A DNA stretch of 64,000 bases, taken from assembly GCA_002451465.1 (NCBI GenBank), contig DKCJ01000015.1, positions 75,448 to 139,447 of the forward strand, given 5' to 3'. The stretch is from Bacillales bacterium UBA6877. GTDB taxonomy: Bacteria; Bacillota_I; Bacilli_A; RFN20; CAG-826. The notes below the pieces were generated by a model that was given only the letters and a program-made list of their open reading frames with translations, was not told the DNA's origin and searched no databases. Numbering within the stretch: position 1 is the stretch's first letter; every line of letters begins with the position of its first letter. Shown here one piece after another: positions 57,177 through 64,000 of the stretch. A program made the translations under genes and the position numbers.

Positions 57177-59214
57177 AGCAAGTCACCTCTTTCTTTAATT
57201 GTTCTAGTCCAACACGTTCTTTTTCTTGATCTAAAGCATTTTTGATACGAGTTTTGACAATTGCAGGCATTTCGACTTTTGGTGCACCTGGATATAAAAG
57301 CCAAGTAGCAGCATAATGTGTATCACTAACTTTAAAGAATGGTGGTTCATATTTAAAGTCGATAGCCATAGCATATTTACTTCTTAAAGCAAATGCATCA
57401 CCTTTTGGTGGATAGATCATATCTGGAGGTGTTCCAGGAATAGCTTCAAGTTTTTCTTTACTATCAACATCAGGAATTGAAGATAAAAGTGCCCATGTAT
57501 ATGGATGCTTTGGATTAAAGAATACTTCGTTTGCTAATCCATATTCAACAATTTTACCAGCATACATAACAGCAACTCTATCAGACATATTTGCAACAAC
57601 ACCTAAATCGTGAGTAATAAAAATACAACTTAAGTTTCTTTCTTTTTTAAGTTTATTAATAAGTTCAAGAATTTGTGCTTGAATAGTAACGTCAAGTGCA
57701 GTAGTTGGCTCATCACAAATCAAAATCTCAGGATCGGCTGTTAAAGCAATAGCAATAACGATACGTTGACGCATACCACCTGAAAATTCAAATGGATATT
57801 GTTTGAAACGTTTTTCAGGAAGAGGAATACCAACTTCTCTCATAACTTCAAGAGCTTTCTTTTTAGCCTCTTTCTTTGTAACTTTTGTTTTATTGATAAA
57901 TTCTTCATCAATTTTATAAATTTGATCATTAATATCTTTAATTTCATTTACAAAATTAACATATTTTTCATTATCAATTTTTCTAAGTTCTTCTTGTTTA
58001 GTAACTTTAGAAACTGAATTTTCTTTTAATAAATTTTCAGTTTTATTTAATTTTTTAGTTAATTTTTTGTTATATAACTCTATTTCATTAATCTTTTTAA
58101 GTTCTTCTTCACTAAGAGTAGCTTTATAATTATTAAATTTTTCTTCTAAAGCAACTTTTTTAACCTTTAATTCATCAACTTTTTTATCATGTTCTGCTAC
58201 TAAATATTGTTTATATTCACGAACATTAAGTTTAGCTTCTTTTTTACTAATATTTAAGATTTTCCTTAATACTGGCTTTTCAAGTTTAGAATTTTGATTA
58301 ATCATCTTTTCAAAAGCATGTAAATATTCAATAGCAACTACAAATTTAGCTTCAAGATCTTCACCTTTAAAAACAGGATTATTCTTGTATTCTTCAACTA
58401 AATTAATAATTTTGTTTGAGTTATCAATTCTATTTTTTATTTTAAGCTTAATAAGTTCAGCTTTTTCGCTTTTATCTTTATTTTTATTTTCTTTAACACC
58501 AAGTTCAGTATACTTTTTAACTTCTTCTTTATAATAATCAACATCAAAATCAAAACTATAAATTACTGAATCAATATCTTTAATTAAATTTTCCTTATGT
58601 TTAAGGAATACTTTATGTAATTCATTAATATCTTCTTCTGGTTTATTTTTCGCTTTTGCATTTTCAAGATGTTTTTTAGAAGATAAGTATTCTTTAAAAG
58701 CTTTTTTATAATCTTCAATTTTAATTTTGCTTCTTGAAAGTTCATAAGTAGCATTAGCGATATTATTTCTAAAAGCAGTTAAATCCTCAGAAATTAAATC
58801 ATTATATCGACGTTTTAAAATATTACTATTAATCAAACTAGTTTCGGTAATTTGTTTACCAACCTTTACAAGAGGATTAAGAGCACTTAATGGATCTTGG
58901 AAGATCATACCAATTTTCTTACCACGAATTCTATGGAAATCTTCTTCAGAAACTCTAACTAAATCTTCACCTTCGTAAATAATTTGACCATTCGAAATAA
59001 TAGCATTTTTAGGTAAAATTCCCATGATAGTTTTAGAGGTAACACTCTTACCACTACCAGACTCACCAACTATACAAAGAGTTTCACCTTTATATAAATC
59101 AAAAGAAACACCTCTAACAGCGTGAACTATGCCAGAATCACTTTTAAAATTTATTTGTAAGTTTTTAACACTTAAAATTTTATTATCTTCCGAATACATG
59201 TTATTCTTTGCCAT
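57160..59214 (-). CDS. oppD: Oligopeptide ABC transporter ATP-binding protein OppD with an insertion of about 325 aa
   Basis: Walker A GESGSGKS, Q-loop IFQDP, signature FSGGMRQR, Walker B ILICDEP and the C-terminal oligopeptide-ABC domain. A K/E/N-rich insertion predicted to be coiled coil lies between the Q-loop and the signature. Confidence 0.85.
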   Translation of the reverse strand: MAKNNMYSEDNKILSVKNLQINFKSDSGIVHAVRGVSFDLYKGETLCIVGESGSGKSVTSKTIMGILPKNAIISNGQIIYEGEDLVRVSEEDFHRIRGKKIGMIFQDPLSALNPLVKVGKQITETSLINSNILKRRYNDLISEDLTAFRNNIANATYELSRSKIKIEDYKKAFKEYLSSKKHLENAKAKNKPEEDINELHKVFLKHKENLIKDIDSVIYSFDFDVDYYKEEVKKYTELGVKENKNKDKSEKAELIKLKIKNRIDNSNKIINLVEEYKNNPVFKGEDLEAKFVVAIEYLHAFEKMINQNSKLEKPVLRKILNISKKEAKLNVREYKQYLVAEHDKKVDELKVKKVALEEKFNNYKATLSEEELKKINEIELYNKKLTKKLNKTENLLKENSVSKVTKQEELRKIDNEKYVNFVNEIKDINDQIYKIDEEFINKTKVTKKEAKKKALEVMREVGIPLPEKRFKQYPFEFSGGMRQRIVIAIALTADPEILICDEPTTALDVTIQAQILELINKLKKERNLSCIFITHDLGVVANMSDRVAVMYAGKIVEYGLANEVFFNPKHPYTWALLSSIPDVDSKEKLEAIPGTPPDMIYPPKGDAFALRSKYAMAIDFKYEPPFFKVSDTHYAATWLLYPGAPKVEMPAIVKTRIKNALDQEKERVGLEQLKKEVTCYDQIK

Positions 59215-59216
59215 AA

Positions 59217-61172
59217 TTATTCGCCTCCTTTGAGAGATGGATTAAATGCATCACGTAACCCATTACCAAATAAGTTAAATGAAATCATCATAAATGCCAT
59301 AACTAATGATGGAATCATAATAAGATATGGATTACTGCCAAGATATTGTTGGTTTTCACTAAGGATAACGCCAAAGCTATCAAGCCCTTGTAATCCTAAA
59401 TTAAGATATGAGAGAGTGGCTTCAGTATAAATAACACCAGGAATCATAAAGACCGAACTTGTAACAAGTGTACCAAGTGAATTTGGTAAAATGTGTTTAA
59501 AAATTAAACGCCAATCACTAGAACCCAGTGTTCTACTTGCTAAAACATATTCTCTACTCTTGAATCTATAAAATTGAGCTCTAGTAGTTGCTGCTGAACC
59601 CATCCAGCCAGTTAAACATAAAGCAAGAGCAAATGTTGTGAAGTTTTGACCTAAATAGAGTATGCAAAGAGTCATAACAACAATCCAAGGGACTCTACCT
59701 AAGATATCAGTAAATCTTTCCATCAATAAGTCAACCCAGCCACCAAAGTAACCAGAAATACTACCCCAAACAATACCGATTGATAGGTTAATAAAGCTTG
59801 TAATAATACCAAGTAATAAAGAAGTTCTTAAACCATTAAACATAATGTGTAAAAGATCTTTACCATTTGAATCGGTTCCAAATAAATAACTTGGCATTTT
59901 ATCAAAGCCTAAATATTTATAATAAACAACTTCACATTCTATTGAATAAGTAGTAACAATACCAGTATTGGTTTTTTGTTCATAAACTTTAGTAATTGGT
60001 GATTTTTCAGCATCTAATATCTTAAATGATTCAATACCTTTTTTGAAATCATATTCAATATAACCTTTTTTTACATAAGATTTGACTATATCACTTGCTA
60101 AAGTAATATCACGTTTTCCATAAATTGCAACATATGTATCATATCTAAAATGACTATAAGTTGCTTCGCCTTTATAGAGGAATTTGAATCCATTACAAAC
60201 CCAATAACCTAAATTATCATTTTTATTATCATCTTTTTGAGTCATCATGACTTGCTTATTTGCATCATCAAATGACATTTCTTTAAATAAATCTGCTTGA
60301 GATTCATCATTTGATGAAACATTAATAGATTTAATTAAAATTTCTTGTTTATAATCATAATCAGGTTTAATTAAAAAACCAAATTTAGCGTCATTAAATT
60401 TTCCACTATATCCAGCATTTTTAAGTAAAGTTGAAACATCAAAACTATTATCTTTACTTGCTTTTACAAAATTATTTGTAAAGTAATAATAAGTATAGTT
60501 AGCATCTTCAGTGTTTTCTTTAAATTTAACATACGACTTATAATAACCTTGTTTAAAACCATCATTGGTTTCATCAGTATTTAATTCATATGCAAATGAG
60601 TAATCTTTAGATAAATCAAGCGTAAATCTATAAGACTCTAAATATTTTGTATTATCTTCAGGTTTTAAAGTAGATGAAGCAAGTGGATCTGTTGAGAATC
60701 TAACATAACCCCCTCTAACATATTTATTTGAGTTATTTGTAGTGGTTTCCCAAGTATATAATTCACTAACAGCATCTTTAACAAAACCAACAGGAGTATC
60801 ATTATCTACATCATAAATAACGTCTTCATCATAATAAACCGTACCATCCCAAAAACCAGTGCCACTATTAAATAACTTTGGCGCTAAAAATCTTTGATCA
60901 ATATGTGCAGTAGATATATCACTACTTAAAGTAAGTGGTAGTACGAAGGATAAAAGTACAATTACCCCAAGAATTATTCCGCCAATAACTGAAGATTTGT
61001 TTTTAACAAATCTTTTTAAAGCATCTTTAAAGAAAGTAGTAGGTTTACTTTCAAATTTCTTTTCAAAATTCTTTTTATCAAAGTTTACTTGTTCAAAATC
61101 TTTATCACTAATTTGAATTGAATGTTCGTTAAATTCGCTATCAACATATGTAAATTTTTTATTTTCTTTCAT
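59217..61172 (-). CDS. oppC: Oligopeptide ABC permease OppC with a large extracytoplasmic insertion
   Basis: The C-terminal half has the BPD-type permease core (SREYVLASRTLGSSDWRLIFKHILPN). About 350 aa are inserted after TM1. The ATG at 61172 (MKENKKF) lies 1 nt after the oppB stop and is preferred over the track start at 61253. Confidence 0.8.
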   Translation of the reverse strand: MKENKKFTYVDSEFNEHSIQISDKDFEQVNFDKKNFEKKFESKPTTFFKDALKRFVKNKSSVIGGIILGVIVLLSFVLPLTLSSDISTAHIDQRFLAPKLFNSGTGFWDGTVYYDEDVIYDVDNDTPVGFVKDAVSELYTWETTTNNSNKYVRGGYVRFSTDPLASSTLKPEDNTKYLESYRFTLDLSKDYSFAYELNTDETNDGFKQGYYKSYVKFKENTEDANYTYYYFTNNFVKASKDNSFDVSTLLKNAGYSGKFNDAKFGFLIKPDYDYKQEILIKSINVSSNDESQADLFKEMSFDDANKQVMMTQKDDNKNDNLGYWVCNGFKFLYKGEATYSHFRYDTYVAIYGKRDITLASDIVKSYVKKGYIEYDFKKGIESFKILDAEKSPITKVYEQKTNTGIVTTYSIECEVVYYKYLGFDKMPSYLFGTDSNGKDLLHIMFNGLRTSLLLGIITSFINLSIGIVWGSISGYFGGWVDLLMERFTDILGRVPWIVVMTLCILYLGQNFTTFALALCLTGWMGSAATTRAQFYRFKSREYVLASRTLGSSDWRLIFKHILPNSLGTLVTSSVFMIPGVIYTEATLSYLNLGLQGLDSFGVILSENQQYLGSNPYLIMIPSLVMAFMMISFNLFGNGLRDAFNPSLKGGE

Positions 61173-61173
61173 A

Positions 61174-62250
61174 TTATTTTTTAGCCCCCATTCTAATTCT
61201 TGGATCAATAAATCCATAAGATAAATCAACAAGTAAACCAGCAAATAAGCCAATCATCGTAACAAGAGCCATATCAACCATTAATAAGTTATAGTCAGTT
61301 GTCTTACCAGGAGTACCAAGTGCTTTAATATAAAGTGTTCCAATACCAGGAATACCATAAAGTTGTTCAAGAATCATTGAACCACTTAAAGCACCAATAA
61401 TTTCACCTATAAGCATAGGGAAAATTGGTACTAAAGAGTTTCTCATTGCATGACGAATAATCGATTGACGTCTAGTTAATCCTTTTGTTCGAGCTAAAAG
61501 TAAAAATTCACTTTCCATAACATCAACAAGTTCAGCTCTAACCCATCGTGCATATGCACAAATTGTTCCAGCACTTAAAGAAAATACTGGGATAACATAT
61601 CCTAAAATTTGTTCTTTTTGACTAGATTGAACACTTGGCCATTGAGATGGAAGCCATTTTAATTGATATGCAAGTAGCATAATCGAGTAAGTAATAATAA
61701 TAAAAGATGGAACAGAAATAAATATAATAATTATTGTCGAAATAATACCATCAGTTAATTTATTCTTTTTAAGAGCGGCCCAAATGCCAAGACCAAATCC
61801 AATAGGAACAGCAACAAGTGAAGTTAATAAATTAATTTTCATTGAAGTCCAAAGACGACTCCCCCAAAAACCATTAGAAGAACTATTTAAAATAATGGAC
61901 ATTGCACTCTCACCAACACTAACATTAGTTGAAGTACCCCAATCCCATTTAGTAAAAATATTCGCTAACCAGCTAAAATATTGTTCCATAACTGGTCTTT
62001 GATAAATATAGTGAGATACACCAGCACTATCAGTCCAATTATATAATTGGGTCCCAAGGCCATTTTGAACTTCTTTAAAATCAAGCATATACCCTAAACC
62101 GACTTGTTTAGTATAAAATGCTTGCACAACAGATGGAAGTCCAGCTGGTGTGGCAGGTGGTAAAAGTTTAATTAAAATAAATGTTAATGATAATATAATA
62201 AACGCTGTAAATAATATTAATACAATACGTTGTAATACATATTTCCACAT
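61174..62250 (-). CDS. oppB: Oligopeptide ABC permease OppB
   Basis: MWKYVLQRIVLILFT N-terminus, EAA-loop region FLLLARTKGLTRRQSIIRHAMRNSLVP, C-terminal DPRIR. Confidence 0.85.
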   Translation of the reverse strand: MWKYVLQRIVLILFTAFIILSLTFILIKLLPPATPAGLPSVVQAFYTKQVGLGYMLDFKEVQNGLGTQLYNWTDSAGVSHYIYQRPVMEQYFSWLANIFTKWDWGTSTNVSVGESAMSIILNSSSNGFWGSRLWTSMKINLLTSLVAVPIGFGLGIWAALKKNKLTDGIISTIIIIFISVPSFIIITYSIMLLAYQLKWLPSQWPSVQSSQKEQILGYVIPVFSLSAGTICAYARWVRAELVDVMESEFLLLARTKGLTRRQSIIRHAMRNSLVPIFPMLIGEIIGALSGSMILEQLYGIPGIGTLYIKALGTPGKTTDYNLLMVDMALVTMIGLFAGLLVDLSYGFIDPRIRMGAKK

Positions 62251-62276
62251 AACTTCTCCTTTCTTATAACCTACTT

Positions 62277-62304
62277 ATTTTATCATAGAGAATATAATTG
62301 TTAA
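62277..62304 (-). promoter_or_regulatory. Candidate internal promoter for oppBCDF
   Basis: On the minus strand, TTAACA (62304-62299), a 16-nt spacer, and an extended -10 TGaTAAAAT. AAAGGAG RBS before the ATG at 62250. Confidence 0.4.
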
Positions 62305-62380
62305 ATTGAATATAGATTAATTTTAATCATTTTTATTGAATTATTTGTTTAGTTTACATAATAATTCAATATATACAAAT

Positions 62381-62406
62381 AAAGATTGGTCATAAGACCA
62401 ATCTTT
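62381..62406 (-). terminator. Hairpin between oppA and oppB (partial terminator/attenuator)
   Basis: AAAGATTGGTC-ttat-GACCAATCTTT lies 37 nt after the oppA stop, followed by a moderately T-rich tract. Confidence 0.55.
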
Positions 62407-62442
62407 ATTAGTTAATAAGTTCCTTGAATATCTTTTTTTGGA

Positions 62443-64000
62443 CTATTGTTTTGCGCCTGTATAGTTAACAATAGATCCTGCATTATATGTAATATCGAAT
62501 ACTTGTCCAGTTGGAGTTGTAATTTCAAATGTTACATATAAATCAAATAAATTGTTATATTTAGCGTATGCAGCACTTAAACCTAATTTTGTGTAATCAA
62601 GATTATTTACAGTATTTGGAACAGTAAACGTTATAGACCCATCATCGTTTTCAGTAAATGGAAGTTCCATACTATGAACTTGAGCAGTCCCTTTACCACT
62701 ATTAGTTAAGTAGTCTTCAATATCAACACCTTTAAATTTAGATATAACACCTTGAGCAGCAATTACTTTATAAACTAAATTATAAGTAATGGTTTGTGCT
62801 GCATCATCTAATGAATATTTTGTAGCCGAGTCATCAGTAGTATATGAGAAACCAACTGCGCCATCAACAGCACAAACACCAGATGTACCAGCTTCCCACA
62901 AAGCATTGAAGGACCATAATTTACCATCATAATATATCTTACCATCATTAACAGAAGTATCTGGACCCCAGTTCAAACAGAAACCACTTCTATTATCACT
63001 ACATAATACTTGGAAGAAATCAAGAGGCCATGCTTGCATACCAGTAATAGCACCCATACCGATATCAAATTGACCAGCTTCAAGAGCATCATACATAGCA
63101 TCACTATCTGATCCAGCAACACTATTTTCAATATTTAATTGAATACGTGGATCTACACTATTGAATGCATCCATCATATACTTAGTGATTGGAATACCCA
63201 TTTTAGTCATACTATTTTGTGACATCCATTTTGCACTGATGCCAATAACAGTTGGACTTTCAGCTGTTCCATAACTATAGTGACCAGCAGCAACTTCTTC
63301 TTGAATAGCTAATTTAAACATTATTTTTGCAGCATCAAGGTTATAACCATATGTGTCAACATAACGATCTTTTAATGCATTTTCATGTGCATCAGATTCG
63401 TAGTAATAATGTTTGCCACCCTCTTCATCAGAGAAATAATAAGCTTTTGATAAATAATTTTGTGATGGCGTCATATTTTGAGAATCAGCAAATTGTGATC
63501 TATTAATAGAATAATATAAACCATCAAGGAAGTGTACATTACTCATGATTGGTTTAACTTTCCAATATTTATCTTTTGAAGACTTTGAAACAGTTCCATT
63601 CTCACCAAATAATTCTTCCCAAAGTTCTTCTGTAGTTGCATTAACATTAAGCTTCCATGTTGTATTTTCAGGAATTGCAACAGTTCTTGGATCGTTTTGA
63701 TATTCTTTTAAACGAGTACCTGGAATCGAACAACTATCAAGTTTACCAGCTAAGAACTCTTTAAATGCAGCTTCTTGATCGCTCTTTGCAGCTTCAATAA
63801 CAGCAATATGAACGCCGGGAATATTCCACATTCCAGTATCTTCGGTTTTTTCAATCCAATCAGGATTACGTTTAAAGGTAATTAATTTATCTTTTTCCCA
63901 ATACTCTAATGTATATGCACTTAATGACAATGAAGTATCAACAGGAGTTAAACTACCATCTTCACTAAAGGCACCATATTTAGTAATATCACCAATTGCA
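62443..64000 (-). CDS. oppA: Peptide ABC transporter substrate-binding protein (OppA-like), 5-prime partial
   Basis: The frame stays open to the window edge (AIGDITKYGAFSEDGSLTPVDTS precedes the track start), so the N-terminus lies outside the window. It is adjacent to oppBCDF and has SBP family-5-like blocks (LITFKRNPDWIEK). Confidence 0.7.
   Translation of the reverse strand, partial: AIGDITKYGAFSEDGSLTPVDTSLSLSAYTLEYWEKDKLITFKRNPDWIEKTEDTGMWNIPGVHIAVIEAAKSDQEAAFKEFLAGKLDSCSIPGTRLKEYQNDPRTVAIPENTTWKLNVNATTEELWEELFGENGTVSKSSKDKYWKVKPIMSNVHFLDGLYYSINRSQFADSQNMTPSQNYLSKAYYFSDEEGGKHYYYESDAHENALKDRYVDTYGYNLDAAKIMFKLAIQEEVAAGHYSYGTAESPTVIGISAKWMSQNSMTKMGIPITKYMMDAFNSVDPRIQLNIENSVAGSDSDAMYDALEAGQFDIGMGAITGMQAWPLDFFQVLCSDNRSGFCLNWGPDTSVNDGKIYYDGKLWSFNALWEAGTSGVCAVDGAVGFSYTTDDSATKYSLDDAAQTITYNLVYKVIAAQGVISKFKGVDIEDYLTNSGKGTAQVHSMELPFTENDDGSITFTVPNTVNNLDYTKLGLSAAYAKYNNLFDLYVTFEITTPTGQVFDITYNAGSIVNYTGAKQ

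Noticed and set aside
61173-61253. N-terminal extension of oppC (MAYLLVYLLIYLMDLLIQELEWGLKNN) overlapping the oppB 3-prime end
   Set aside because: It is an alternative-frame reading of the oppB C-terminus. An ATG lying 1 nt after the oppB stop gives a normal coupled start (MKENKKF). The other track starts were trimmed on the same logic (rpe, prkC, addA, glpK, the ABC gene, and the TGS-kinase).

Overview
This is a very AT-rich, gene-dense window of about 58 intact genes, most of them on the minus strand. It looks like a genome-reduced, anaerobic, wall-less Mollicutes-like or Erysipelotrichia-like bacterium. Long ORFs stay open under the standard code and Trp is TGG, so TGA is not recoded. Several features fit a Mollicutes-like lineage: a lipobox on ATP synthase subunit b, a kinase-only PrkC with no PASTA or TM region, and Opp ABC subunits with very large insertions.

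Content in order:
- 1-4572: a decayed region bounded by two copies of one IS terminus. It holds cysK and hslO pseudogenes around an intact znuBCA/zur zinc locus.
- 4751-7285: an aquaporin with an unusual C-terminal extension, followed by two RCK/TrkA proteins.
- 8946-14577: a conserved housekeeping string (rpe, prkC, stp, rlmN, a degenerate rsmB-like gene, gmk).
- 14726-18726: an rqcH-like gene, trmL, a licA-like kinase and an orphan ATP-grasp gene.
- 18751-25604: a complete F1Fo operon (atpIBEFHAGDC) whose c subunit carries a Na+-type ion site.
- 25614-28297: mscS and a TGS-uridine kinase fusion.
- 28300-44590: about 16 kb of co-directional genes. In transcription order these are an AlkD-like::Maa fusion, a four-domain flavodiiron protein, mazG, a glpA-like trio, a DUF2974 hydrolase, glpK, addB, addA and two unknown coupled ORFs.
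- 44666-45052: desulfoferrodoxin.
- 45100-48957: a three-gene unknown module (secreted protein, lipoprotein, fused ABC-FtsX) lying next to tRNA-His.
- 49397-55666: csaA, an M16 peptidase, an MFS transporter, yfcE and an HI0933-family flavoprotein.
- 55755-64000: oppFDCB plus a partial oppA.

I saw no rRNA, no CRISPR array and no intact mobile element. The best candidates for undescribed biology are the two ORFs translationally coupled to addBA, the tRNA-adjacent ABC/lipoprotein/secreted-protein module, and the aquaporin fusion. None has a recognisable defence or toxin signature. All calls come from reading motifs by eye, with no database search.
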